From Mycolicibacterium smegmatis (GTDB lineage: Bacteria > Actinomycetota > Actinomycetes > Mycobacteriales > Mycobacteriaceae), in assembly GCF_001457595.1 (NCBI RefSeq), contig NZ_LN831039.1, positions 6,540,001 to 6,572,000 on the forward strand: a DNA stretch of 32,000 bases, in the 5' to 3' direction. A program made the position numbers and the translations under genes. This document shows, piece after piece, positions 11,897-23,071 of the stretch; within the stretch, counting starts at the first letter, position 1; each line of letters starts with the position of its first letter. The notes under the pieces were generated by a model. It did no database searches. It was given only the letters and a program-made list of their open reading frames with translations, and was not told the DNA's origin.

Positions 11897-11958
11897 TCGC
11901 GAGTGTGAAGCCTCAGCGAAAACACACGCGAGAGTTCGCTGACGTTTCACACTCGCGA
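11897..11958. repeat. Symmetric two-storey palindrome (13-bp outer stem, 4/4 internal loop, 7-bp inner stem, 14-nt apical loop)
   Basis: tcgcgagtgtgaa gcct cagcgaa aacacacgcgagag ttcgctg acgt ttcacactcgcga. Confidence 0.8.
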
Positions 11959-11962
11959 AAGC

Positions 11963-12781
11963 TCAGAACGCGAAGCGGTAATACTGCGCCATGTAGCGCA
12001 GCGCCGGGATCGGCCGCATGACCTTCGCCAACAACCGGAAATGCCAGGACAATTCGTCGAACGCCGGATCCTCGAACACCGACATCCACGCCAAGAGCCG
12101 GGTGCCCGGCACCGCGTCGAGGATGTCGTCGGGCCGGTTGATCGCCCAGCGCAGCGTCGCCCCCGAGCGGCGCACCACGGTGTTGGTCCACTGCGTCCGG
12201 ATCCCGAAGCTGTCGAACGCGTCGAACTGCAGTTCGCCGGTGCCGAAACGGTCGACGACGCGGCGCAGCAGCGCGACACCGTCTGCCTCGGTGAGATACA
12301 TCGTGAGGCCCTCGCCGAGCATGAGCACCGGCCGTCCGGTCGGCACCTCGTCGAGCCATGCCGGATCGGTCACCGACGCCGACACCAGGTGGTAGCGCTC
12401 GTGTTCCGGGTACAGCTGGGAACGCAGGTCGATGACCTCGGGGTAGTCGACGTCGAACCACTCGACACCCGGCCCCGGGGCCAGCCGGAAGAACCGGCCG
12501 TCGAGCCCGCAGCCCAGGTGCAGCACGACCGCCTCGGAGTGCACCGCGAGGAACTGGCGGGCCCATCTGTCGAAGTGCGCGCTGCGCGTGGTCACCGCGG
12601 GCGCACGCGCAGGGGTGATCGCTGTTCTGGTCCAGTCGTAGTCGATGCGCTCCGCGATCTCGGCGGCCATATCGTCACCGAGGATCGGGGTGGGCAGACG
12701 CGCGTCGAGCGCTTTCGCGTAGAACGTCGCGAGCATGGTCTGCGGCGCGCCGCTCAGGTCGACCTTCAGCTTGTCGGTCAT
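11963..12781 (-). CDS. S-adenosylmethionine-dependent methyltransferase, leucine carboxyl methyltransferase/TcmP-like family
   Basis: SAHFDRWARQFLAVHSEAVVLHLGCGLDGRFFRLAPGPGVEWFDVDYPEVIDLR. Confidence 0.8.
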   Translation of the reverse strand: MTDKLKVDLSGAPQTMLATFYAKALDARLPTPILGDDMAAEIAERIDYDWTRTAITPARAPAVTTRSAHFDRWARQFLAVHSEAVVLHLGCGLDGRFFRLAPGPGVEWFDVDYPEVIDLRSQLYPEHERYHLVSASVTDPAWLDEVPTGRPVLMLGEGLTMYLTEADGVALLRRVVDRFGTGELQFDAFDSFGIRTQWTNTVVRRSGATLRWAINRPDDILDAVPGTRLLAWMSVFEDPAFDELSWHFRLLAKVMRPIPALRYMAQYYRFAF

Positions 12782-12812
12782 ACCCCGAGGCTAGATCGGA
12801 TTCGAGTTGCGG

Positions 12813-12839
12813 CACACGGGCTGAACAGCCCTCGGTGTG
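12813..12839 (-). terminator. Hairpin downstream of the epimerase gene
   Basis: cacac/gtgtg and gggct/agccc nested arms around gaac. Confidence 0.4.
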
Positions 12840-12843
12840 GCGT

Positions 12844-13866
12844 TCAGCCGCCTCGGCGCGCCTGCTTGGCTGCCCGAAGACCCACCCAGAACTTCGCGGC
12901 CTCGGCGATCGATTCCTCGACCGGCCTTGGCTGCCAACCGAGTTCACGCACGGCCTTGGAGTGGTCCAGTTCGCACTCGGCGCGCATGAGCCGCAGTGAC
13001 CGCAACGACAACCGCTCGTCGGTTCCGCGCAGCTTGCCCTTGACAGTGCCGATGGCCGCCAGCAGATAGGACACCGGCAGCGGGATCGACCGGCGCGGCG
13101 GCGCGACGCCCGCGGCCTCGGCGGCGATCCGGGCGACCTCGGCGTTGCTGATCAGTTTCTCGGAGATCAGGTACCGCTCACCCGGTCTGCCGCTTTCCGC
13201 GGCGAGGATGAGGGCGCGGGCGGCGTCGTCGACACCGACGGCTTCCAGATCGATGCCGCTCATCACGAACGGCAGCTTGCCGAACGCGGCGCCCGCGATG
13301 ACCGCGCCGTGCGGTGTGCGGCCCCAGTCGCCGCTGCCGTAGGTGGTCGACACGCACATCGCGACCGCAGGCAGGCCGCGCTCGGTGGCGTACCGCAGCA
13401 CCAGTTCCTCGGCCTGTACGCGTGAGCGCACATACGGTGTGACACCACGCAGGTCGATCACGTCGTCCTCGGTGGCCACACATCCACGCCTGCGCCCGAC
13501 CGTGACGTAGCTGCTGGTGTAGACGAACTTCCGCAGCCCGATCCCGGGTTCGAGCGCGACGTCGAGCACGTGCCGCGTGCCCTCGACGTTGGTGCGGAAC
13601 AGCGGGGCCGGGTGGCGCAGCCAGCCCCTGGTGTCGACGACGCAGTAGTACACGACGTCGCATCCGGTCATGGCGGCGCGCAGCACCTCGGTGTCGAAGA
13701 TGTCGCCGGTGAACCGCGTGACGTCCAGGTCGTCGATGCCGACGGTGTTGGCGCCCGGTCGCACCATGGCGCGGATCTCGGACCCGTCGGTGTTGTCGGC
13801 CACGAGTTGGCGCAGCACGTGCGATCCCAGGAATCCGTTGGCGCCGATGACCAGCGAGGTGCTCAC
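12844..13866 (-). CDS. NAD-dependent epimerase/dehydratase, 3beta-HSD-like extended SDR
   Basis: VSTSLVIGANGFLGSHVLRQLVADNTDG...; YSYV/TSSYV and YxxxR-type region. GTG start at 13866 (overlaps the upstream gene) preferred over the 14001 frame start. Confidence 0.8.
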   Translation of the reverse strand: MSTSLVIGANGFLGSHVLRQLVADNTDGSEIRAMVRPGANTVGIDDLDVTRFTGDIFDTEVLRAAMTGCDVVYYCVVDTRGWLRHPAPLFRTNVEGTRHVLDVALEPGIGLRKFVYTSSYVTVGRRRGCVATEDDVIDLRGVTPYVRSRVQAEELVLRYATERGLPAVAMCVSTTYGSGDWGRTPHGAVIAGAAFGKLPFVMSGIDLEAVGVDDAARALILAAESGRPGERYLISEKLISNAEVARIAAEAAGVAPPRRSIPLPVSYLLAAIGTVKGKLRGTDERLSLRSLRLMRAECELDHSKAVRELGWQPRPVEESIAEAAKFWVGLRAAKQARRGG

Positions 13867-14363
13867 CTGCGGCCCCCGAACTTGGCCATCCATTCGGCAG
13901 CCTCGTCGGTCAGCGTGCCGAGTTCGGCGGCCTTGCGGCACCACTTCATCGCCGCCGACGCGAAGCGCAGCGGGTTGTAGACGTCTTCCTGCCTGCTCCA
14001 CAGGCCGTCGCCGGCGTAGGTGAGGATCGAGATGTTGGTGGCGCTGATGATCGTGCCGTCACCCGGGTCCACCATGGGATTGTCGAGTTCGCAGATCACG
14101 CGGCCGGTCGGTTCGTCGATCACCGTCCACAGCGACGGGAACGCCGTCATGTGGTTGCCCGGGAAGCTCGTCATGGTCTTCCAGATCCAGGCGCGCACCT
14201 CCTCGCGGCCCTTCATGGTGCCCGCGGCGTGCTCGACGTAGTCGACATCGGGCGTGTAGTGCCGGACCCAGACGTCCCAGTCCTTCGTGCGGGCCGCGGT
14301 GTCCACGGTCGCCTCGAATCGGGCGAACGCCGCGCTGAGTTCGTCGCGACTGAACCTGCTCAT
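13863..14363 (-). CDS. NTF2/SnoaL-like fold protein
   Basis: FEATVDTAARTKDWDVWVRHYTPDVDYVEHAAGTMKGREEVRAWI...; SnoaL-like pattern. Confidence 0.75.
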   Translation of the reverse strand: MSRFSRDELSAAFARFEATVDTAARTKDWDVWVRHYTPDVDYVEHAAGTMKGREEVRAWIWKTMTSFPGNHMTAFPSLWTVIDEPTGRVICELDNPMVDPGDGTIISATNISILTYAGDGLWSRQEDVYNPLRFASAAMKWCRKAAELGTLTDEAAEWMAKFGGRR

Positions 14364-14370
14364 GCCAGAA

Positions 14371-14386
14371 CTAGAACACGTTCTAG
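14371..14386. promoter_or_regulatory. KstR-type operator CTAGAAC-ac-GTTCTAG
   Basis: Core TAGAACACGTTCTA (14372-14385) matches TnnAACnnGTTnnA and lies 8 bp from the start codon of the NTF2-like gene. Confidence 0.75.
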
Positions 14387-14405
14387 TGAGGTTTGTCGAG
14401 ACCCG

Positions 14406-14807
14406 TCACGCGCTCACCACGGTGCGGTCGCCGAGTGGCTGCTGCAGCGGGACGTCCATGGTCGCGTCGAGCGCGATCGCGATGCACATCCGGTCGGCGG
14501 CCTCGGGGCGGGTACCGACGGACAACTCGACGGTGACGGTCTCGGCGGACTCCGTGGCGACGACGTGCGCGCCGTAGCACTGCGGTGTGCCCGCAGTGAA
14601 GTTGACGCGCAGCCCCTCGCCGTTGCGGCTCCACGATTCGACGCGCGCCGGATGCTGATCGACGATCCGCGGGTTGTCGGTGAAAACCGTGCGATCAGGG
14701 TCGACGGGCACTTCGGGCACGGTGGCGGCGGCCGCGTGGGGTGCCGTCACCGTTGCCAGGAGTAAACCGGTCAACGCGGTGGTTACCACTGGACGCATGC
14801 GCACCAC
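14406..14807 (-). CDS. Small exported protein of unknown function (133 aa)
   Basis: MVRMRPVVTTALTGLLLATVTAPHAAAATVPEVP...: Sec signal peptide; two Cys in the mature part. Confidence 0.65.
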   Translation of the reverse strand: MVRMRPVVTTALTGLLLATVTAPHAAAATVPEVPVDPDRTVFTDNPRIVDQHPARVESWSRNGEGLRVNFTAGTPQCYGAHVVATESAETVTVELSVGTRPEAADRMCIAIALDATMDVPLQQPLGDRTVVSA

Positions 14808-14873
14808 GGTAGTGCCACGATCCGGCCGCCTCTGGCAGCATGGATTGTGCGTCTAGGGAAGGAATGAACGACT

Positions 14874-15389
14874 ATGGGCAATCACGCCACGGCGATCCTC
14901 GCGGGCGGCTGCTTCTGGGGTATGCAGGATCTGATCCGCAAGCAGCCCGGTGTCGTCTCCACCCGGGTCGGCTACACCGGAGGCCAGAACGACCATCCGA
15001 CGTACCGCAATCACCCCGGGCATGCCGAGGCCGTCGAGATCGTCTACGACCCGGCACAGACCGACTATCGCGCCCTGCTGGAGTTCTTCTTCCAGATCCA
15101 CGATCCGACCACCAAGGACCGTCAGGGCAACGACGTCGGCTCGAGTTACCGTTCGGCGATCTTCTACCTCGACGAGGAGCAGAAGCGCATCGCGCTGGAG
15201 ACCATCGTTGATGTGGACGCCTCCGGACTGTGGCCGGGCAAGGTGGTCACCGAGGTGACACCGGCGAGTGACTTCTGGGAGGCCGAGCCCGAACACCAGG
15301 ACTATCTGGTGCACTACCCCAACGGCTACACGTGCCACTTCCCGCGCCCGGGCTGGAAGCTGCCGCGCCGCGAGACCGCGAACCAGTAG
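14874..15389 (+). CDS. msrA: Peptide-methionine (S)-S-oxide reductase
   Basis: [27 protein letters not shown]; YRSAIFY. Confidence 0.97.
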   Translation: MGNHATAILAGGCFWGMQDLIRKQPGVVSTRVGYTGGQNDHPTYRNHPGHAEAVEIVYDPAQTDYRALLEFFFQIHDPTTKDRQGNDVGSSYRSAIFYLDEEQKRIALETIVDVDASGLWPGKVVTEVTPASDFWEAEPEHQDYLVHYPNGYTCHFPRPGWKLPRRETANQ

Positions 15390-15392
15390 CGC

Positions 15393-16736
15393 TCAGGCGC
15401 CAAGCGGTTCGCTGCGGCGCCGCATCACCACGCGGCCACCCGACGCGGGAGTGTAGGCCACCCCGCGCGGGTGCACCTTCTCGTCGGGTGCGGTGGTGGT
15501 CTCGATGACGAAGTGGCGCAGTACGGTTCGCAACACCACGTCCATCTCGATGTTGGCGAACACCGCGCCCACGCAGCGGCGCGTGCCGCCGCCGTAGGGG
15601 AGCCAGCCGAGTCCCGGCCGGTTCCCGACGAAGCGCTGCGGGTCGAACCGGTGCGGGTCGGGGAACTCCTCTTCGCGCTCCTGGATGTGGGCGAGCGCGA
15701 CGATGATCGAGTAGCCTCGCGGAATCGTCCACTGCCCCAACTGGAATGACGGCGCGTAGACGTGGCGGCCGGAGAAGTCGATCACGGTGCGCACGCGCTG
15801 CACCTCGGCGATGGCGGCCTGCCGGTACTCGTTGTCGCCGGAGGCCGCCTCGGCGACGAGCTTCTCCAGTACGTCGGGATGCCTGCTGATCCGCTCGAAC
15901 GCCCAGCCCAGTGTGGACGCCGTGGTCTCGTGCCCGGCCGCGAGCAGCGTGAGCAGTTCGTCGCCGATGTCCTTGCGGGACATGGATGATCCGTCTTCGT
16001 AGGCGCTGCGCAGCAGCAGTGCCAGGATGTCGTCGCGCTGGTCGAAGTCCGGATCGGCCGCGACGCGGTCGATGAGGCGGTCCACGACGTCGTCGTACTC
16101 CGCGCGGTAGGCCGCGAGCCGGCCCCAGGGCGTGAGGCGTCCGTAGTTGCGCGTGGGTGTCGGCAGCACCGCCAGGCGCGACCCGAGGGTCACCCACGGC
16201 GGGATGATGCGGCGCAGTTCGTCGAGTTGTTCTCCGTCGGCCCCGAACACCGCGCGCAGGATCGCGTTGAGCGTGATCCGCATCATCGGCTCGAGTGTCG
16301 GGAACTCCCGACCGTCGGGCCAGGACGCGGCTTCGCGCAGGGTCTCCTCTTCGAAGATGCGCTCATAGTTCTTGATGCTGCGGCCGTGGAACGGCGGTGT
16401 GAGCAGCTTGCGCCTGCGCCGGTGGTCGGTGCCATCGAGGGCGAACACCGATCCGGGACCGAGCATGCGGCTGAGGTTCGGCTGGATGTTGCCGACGTCG
16501 TCGGGGTGGGCGGCGTACACCTGTTTGGCCAGTTGCGGTTCGGCGACCAGCACGGTGCGGCCGAACACCGGGATGTCGAGCGTGAAGACGTCGCCGTACC
16601 TGCGGGCCGCGTGCTTGACCACCCACCGTCGCGCGACCGAGAAGGCCAGGCCCTGAACGACTCTGGGCAGTGGCACGGCCGGCGGAAGCTGGGCCGCGCG
16701 GATGGCGGTCTCGGGACGTTCGACGGTCGCGGTCAT
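15393..16736 (-). CDS. Cytochrome P450 (CYP138-like by context)
   Basis: AGHETTAS I-helix motif, ExxR (EVQRVR), heme signature LPYGGGTRRCVGAVFA. Start MTATVERPE at 16736. Confidence 0.93.
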   Translation of the reverse strand: MTATVERPETAIRAAQLPPAVPLPRVVQGLAFSVARRWVVKHAARRYGDVFTLDIPVFGRTVLVAEPQLAKQVYAAHPDDVGNIQPNLSRMLGPGSVFALDGTDHRRRRKLLTPPFHGRSIKNYERIFEEETLREAASWPDGREFPTLEPMMRITLNAILRAVFGADGEQLDELRRIIPPWVTLGSRLAVLPTPTRNYGRLTPWGRLAAYRAEYDDVVDRLIDRVAADPDFDQRDDILALLLRSAYEDGSSMSRKDIGDELLTLLAAGHETTASTLGWAFERISRHPDVLEKLVAEAASGDNEYRQAAIAEVQRVRTVIDFSGRHVYAPSFQLGQWTIPRGYSIIVALAHIQEREEEFPDPHRFDPQRFVGNRPGLGWLPYGGGTRRCVGAVFANIEMDVVLRTVLRHFVIETTTAPDEKVHPRGVAYTPASGGRVVMRRRSEPLGA

Positions 16737-16754
16737 AGGCTCTCCCCCGTTGTT

Positions 16755-16770
16755 GGTACCGCGTCGTACC
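16755..16770. promoter_or_regulatory. Operator copy 1: GGTAC-cgcgtc-GTACC
   Basis: Palindrome in the divergent P450/TetR region. Confidence 0.65.
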
Positions 16771-16787
16771 AGGTGATGGTGTAGTAC

Positions 16788-16803
16788 GGTACTCGCAGGT
16801 ACC
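16788..16803. promoter_or_regulatory. Operator copy 2: GGTAC-tcgcag-GTACC
   Basis: Same architecture as copy 1, offset exactly 33 bp. Confidence 0.65.
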
Positions 16804-16825
16804 ACACAGCGCAAGGGGGGTCCGT

Positions 16826-17434
16826 ATGACGACCGCGCTCACCGGCACCGCCACGGCGGGGGGCTCAGGCGGTGACGCGTTCCGGTCCCGCCTGCTCGAC
16901 GGGCTCTCGGCCGCCATCGACGACAAGGGTTACCGCGACAGCACCGTTGCCGACATCGTCCGCCACGCTCGCACCTCCAAGCGCACGTTCTACGACCAGT
17001 TCGCAAGCAAAGAAGCCTGTTTCATCGAGCTGCTGCGCGCCAACAACGCCGCGCTCGTCGAGCACATCCGCTCGGCCGTCCGCCCCGAGGCCGAATGGCA
17101 GGACCAGATCGACCAGGCCGTCGGCGCCTACGTCGAGCACATCGAATCCGCCCCGAGCATCACGCTGAGCTGGATCCGCGAACTGCCCGCGCTCGGCCCC
17201 GCGGCACGCCCGCTGCAACGCGACGCGATGGGGGCGCTCACCGATCTGCTCATCGACCTCAGCGACAGTCCGGGATTCCGGCGCGCCGGGCTCAACGGGC
17301 TCAGCAGGCAGATGGCCATCATCCTGCTGGGCGGTCTACGGGAACTCACGGCACTGATCGTCGAGGACGGCCACGACATCCGGGAGATCTACGAACCGGC
17401 CGTCGCGGCGTCGCGGGCGATCCTCACCGCGAGT

Positions 17435-17458
<24 letters not shown>
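16826..17458 (+). CDS. TetR-family transcriptional regulator
   Basis: N-terminal HTH: IDDKGYRDSTVADIVRHARTSKRTFYDQFASKEACFIELL. Confidence 0.92.
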
Positions 17459-19796
<2,338 letters not shown>

Positions 19797-19802
19797 AGCG
19801 CA

Positions 19803-20525
19803 TCACCCACGGGCATCCGGTTTGGTGAAGTACAGCGCCACGCTCTTGCCGATCAGCGGGTTGAGCACCGACTCGGCGGTCCTGGTGAGCCACGGCCGGC
19901 CCATCATGTCCCACACCAGCAGCTGGTGGTATGCCTTGACCGCCGGGTGGTCGTTCTTCTCGGTCCCCACAAGGCACTTGAGCCACCAGTACGGCGAGTG
20001 CAGCGCGTGCTCGTGGTGGGTGTGGGTGAGTTCCAGACCGTGTGCGAGCACCTTGTCGCGCAACTCGTCGGCCTTGTAGATGCGGATGTGGCCGCCCTCG
20101 TTGGCGTGGTACTCGTCCGACAGCAGCCAGCAGATCTTCTCCGGCAGCCACCGCGGCACCGTGATGGCCAGCGAGCCACCGGGTTTGAGCACGCGGACCA
20201 GTTCGGAGATCGCGCGGTCGTCCTCGGGGACGTGCTCGAGGATCTCCGAGGCGATCACGCAGTCGAAGGTGCCGTCGGGGTACGGCAGGTCGAGCGCGTC
20301 ACCCTTGACGGCCTCGCCTTTCGCCGTGGCGGGCGCCTCGCCCGCTTCGGCCATGGCCTGCAGCATCTCGTCGACGCTGTTGAGATCGGCCACGCTCTGG
20401 TCGAAGCCGATCACATGCGCCCCGCGGCGGAACGCCTCGAACGTGTGCCTGCCCGCGCCGCACCCGACGTCGATCACCGACGTGCCCGGGCCGACACCGA
20501 GCCGGTCGAAGTCGACTGTCAGCAC
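19803..20525 (-). CDS. Class I SAM-dependent methyltransferase
   Basis: GTSVIDVGCGAGRHTFEAFRRGAHVIGFDQS...FDCVIASEILEHVPEDDRAISELVRVLKPGGSLAITVP. Confidence 0.9.
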   Translation of the reverse strand: MLTVDFDRLGVGPGTSVIDVGCGAGRHTFEAFRRGAHVIGFDQSVADLNSVDEMLQAMAEAGEAPATAKGEAVKGDALDLPYPDGTFDCVIASEILEHVPEDDRAISELVRVLKPGGSLAITVPRWLPEKICWLLSDEYHANEGGHIRIYKADELRDKVLAHGLELTHTHHEHALHSPYWWLKCLVGTEKNDHPAVKAYHQLLVWDMMGRPWLTRTAESVLNPLIGKSVALYFTKPDARG

Positions 20526-21760
20526 GCCTTGACCCCCATCCGGTTCTGTGCCTGCTCGTACACCGCAACCGTCTGTGCGGCAACGGACTCCCAGCTGAAG
20601 ACATCAAGTGCACGCCGGCGTCCGGCTGCGCCGAGGCGGCGGCGTTCGGACGGCGAGTCCAGCAGTTCGCCCAGCACCGCGGTCAGCTCGTCGACGTCGG
20701 CCGGGCGGACCAGCCGCGCGCACGATCCGTCGGTGCCCACGACCTCGGGCAGCGCGCCCGCGCGGCTCGCGACGATCGGGGTGCCGCTGGCCATGGCCTC
20801 CACGGCGGGCAGCGAGAAGCCCTCGTACAGCGACGGGATGCACGCGACCTCGGCCGATGCCAACAGGCCTGCCAGCTCCTGATCGGACAGCCCGCTGGAG
20901 ATGTGGACGATGTCGGAGATGCCCAGCTCGGCGATGAGCTTCTCGGTGGGACCGTTGGGTTCGAGCTTGCTCACGAGTTGCAGGTCGAGGTTGCGTTCCA
21001 CGCGCAGGCGCGCGACCGCGTGCAGCAGGTGGCTCACACCTTTGAGCGGAACGTCGGCCGACGCGATCGCGATGATGCGTCCACTCACGCGCTGCTCGGC
21101 GGGTTTGAACAGTTCGGTGTTCACGCCGAGCGGCACGATGTGCAGCTGATCGGACGTGACGCCGAAGTCCGCGGCGATGTCCGCGGCCGACGACGAGGAC
21201 ACCGTGAGCAGTTCGGGAATCTGGCGCGCGACCTTCTTCTGCATCTCGGCGAAGCCGTACCAGCGGCGCACGAGCGGCTTGCGCCACCACTTGGCCGCCG
21301 CGACGTCGACGACCTTGTCGCGCGTGATCGGGTGGTGCACGGTCGCCACCACGGGTAGGCCGAGCTTCTCGATCTTGAGCAGACCGGTGCCCAGGCTCTG
21401 GTTGTCGTGGACGACGTCGAACTCGTCGCGGCGCGCCGCGAGGATCCGCGCGGCGCGCATCGTGAACGTGCGCGGTTCCGGGAAGCCGGCCGACCACATG
21501 GTCAGCAGTTCCAGCGCGTCGATGCCGTCGCGGATCTCCCGCGGGTGCGGCACGCGGAACGGATCGGGCTCGCGGTACAGATCCAGGCTGGGCACCTTGG
21601 TCAGCGTGACGCGGGGGTCGAGGCCCTCCGGATAGGGCTGGCCCGAGAACACCTCGACGTCGTGGCCGAGTTCGGCCAGACCGCTGCTCAGGTGACGGAC
21701 GTAGACGCCTTGACCGCCGCAGTGGGTTTTGCTCCGGTACGAAAGCAGTGCGATGCGCAT
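20519..21760 (-). CDS. GT4-family (GT-B) glycosyltransferase
   Basis: MRIALLSYRSKTHCGGQGVYVRHLSSGLAELGHDVEVFSGQPYP...IPSLYEGFSLPAVEAMASGTPIVASRAGALPEVVG. Confidence 0.93.
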   Translation of the reverse strand: MRIALLSYRSKTHCGGQGVYVRHLSSGLAELGHDVEVFSGQPYPEGLDPRVTLTKVPSLDLYREPDPFRVPHPREIRDGIDALELLTMWSAGFPEPRTFTMRAARILAARRDEFDVVHDNQSLGTGLLKIEKLGLPVVATVHHPITRDKVVDVAAAKWWRKPLVRRWYGFAEMQKKVARQIPELLTVSSSSAADIAADFGVTSDQLHIVPLGVNTELFKPAEQRVSGRIIAIASADVPLKGVSHLLHAVARLRVERNLDLQLVSKLEPNGPTEKLIAELGISDIVHISSGLSDQELAGLLASAEVACIPSLYEGFSLPAVEAMASGTPIVASRAGALPEVVGTDGSCARLVRPADVDELTAVLGELLDSPSERRRLGAAGRRRALDVFSWESVAAQTVAVYEQAQNRMGVKAC

Positions 21761-21828
21761 ATCAACTCACCCGACGGCAGGAATCGCGCTGAGCTGGGAA
21801 GACGCCTTCACGCGCCGACTCCGAAACC

Positions 21829-21846
21829 TCTGGACATGTGTCCAGA
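21829..21846. promoter_or_regulatory. Palindrome TCTGGACA-tg-TGTCCAGA upstream of the GT4 operon
   Basis: Lies immediately downstream of the predicted -10. Confidence 0.75.
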
Positions 21847-21874
21847 CTATAGTTTGACGACCTACCGGGCGCAA
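21846..21874 (-). promoter_or_regulatory. Sigma-70-like promoter TTGCGC-N17-TATAGT
   Basis: Minus strand ttgcgc-ccggtaggtcgtcaaac-tatagt. Confidence 0.6.
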
Positions 21875-21880
21875 CGCACG

Positions 21881-22336
21881 TCACTCGGGCGGGAACCCGC
21901 CGGTGGCAACCGGACCCCACTGTTTCGGCGTGACCCGGATCAGGCACTTGCCCTGATCCACCATCGCCTGGCGATACTCGTCCCAGTCCGGATGCTCACC
22001 GGAGATGACCCGGAAGTACTCGACCAGAGGCTCGACCGCGTCCGGCAGACCGATCACCTCGGCCTCACCGTCGACCTGCACATAGGGTCCGTTGAACTCG
22101 TCGGACAGCACCACCACGCTCGCGCGCGGTGTGCGGCGGATGTTGGCCGACTTCGCCCGCTGCGGATAGGTCGCGATCACGATGCGGCCCTGCGCGTCGA
22201 CCCCGCCCGTCACCGGCGAACTCTGCAGCGACCCGTCGGCGCGGAACGTCGTCAACACCATGCGATGTCTCGGGCGGACGAAGTCGAGCAGCTCGTCGAG
22301 ATCCACCGCGTCCGCGGTCGCGTACTTCTTGGCCAT
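21881..22336 (-). CDS. PPOX-class / F420-dependent split-barrel protein
   Basis: DFVRPRHRMVLTTFRADGSLQSSPVTGGVDAQGRIVIATYPQRAKSANIRRTPRASVVVL. Confidence 0.85.
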   Translation of the reverse strand: MAKKYATADAVDLDELLDFVRPRHRMVLTTFRADGSLQSSPVTGGVDAQGRIVIATYPQRAKSANIRRTPRASVVVLSDEFNGPYVQVDGEAEVIGLPDAVEPLVEYFRVISGEHPDWDEYRQAMVDQGKCLIRVTPKQWGPVATGGFPPE

Positions 22337-22414
22337 CTCCTGACCCTAGCCCCGCTCCCCCTGCACCGCGAGGGTGCGCGTCTGCCGCCCCAATTGCGGT
22401 GTGTCGTCAGCACT

Positions 22415-22957
22415 TTACGCACGCTCACCGCTCGGCACGACGAACGCGAACGGCCGGTGGAACCCCAGACCGCGCACCCGCGCACCGCGCACCGCGTCCA
22501 CCGGCACCGCCACCACCCGCCCCGACGACGGCTCGTAGCACTGCAACCGCTCCCCCGACACCCCGACGATCAACACCCAGTGCCGCGGAATACCGCGCGC
22601 GCCGACGAGCATCGCCACCGGGCGCCCCTCGGCCGCGGCGCGCAGGACATCGGTCAGCGGATCCGACGCACCGCGGAACCGGCGCCAGCGATACCGGAAC
22701 CCGGCCGAGACGCTGTGCTCACTGAGGGCCCGCGCCATCCCCGCGGGCGTGGTGCCGAGCCGGCGTGGCCAGATCGCGTTGATGTCGGAGTGGATCCGGT
22801 CCTGCTCGGCGGCGAACCATTGGCCGCCGTGTGACCCCAGCAACTTGTCACGCTTGGCAGGGTCGAGCATCACACCGGCGACGACCGCCACCGTCGGCCC
22901 ACACGTGATTCCGTCGCGCTGACGCAGCCTCAGCGCCGCGATCCGCTCGGGCTCCAC
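22415..22957 (-). CDS. C39-like (papain-fold) cysteine-peptidase-type protein of unknown function
   Basis: RQRDGITCGPTVAVVAGVMLDPA (Cys) and RGIPRHWVLIVGVSGERLQCYEPSSG (His) pattern. GTG at 22957 preferred over the TTG start at 22978. Confidence 0.55.
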   Translation of the reverse strand: MEPERIAALRLRQRDGITCGPTVAVVAGVMLDPAKRDKLLGSHGGQWFAAEQDRIHSDINAIWPRRLGTTPAGMARALSEHSVSAGFRYRWRRFRGASDPLTDVLRAAAEGRPVAMLVGARGIPRHWVLIVGVSGERLQCYEPSSGRVVAVPVDAVRGARVRGLGFHRPFAFVVPSGERA

Positions 22958-22964
22958 ATAAATC

Positions 22965-23020
22965 CTGTCAGCTGTCAATCAATTACTGCCACCTGAAATT
23001 AAATCGCTGAACTGCAGGTT
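22965..23020 (+). promoter_or_regulatory. Conserved promoter module C: CTGTCA (22965), CTGCCA (22986), CTGAAC (23007), GAAAT (22995-22999)-N18-GTT (23018-23020)
   Basis: Aligned to modules A and B. Confidence 0.7.
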
Positions 23021-23071
23021 TACACAGGCATAACAGCGACACAGCAAGCCTAGAAGAACAGGATCACCAAA

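Noticed and set aside
21407-22834. 475-aa plus-strand ORF
   Set aside because: Antisense to the GT4, PPOX and C39-like genes.
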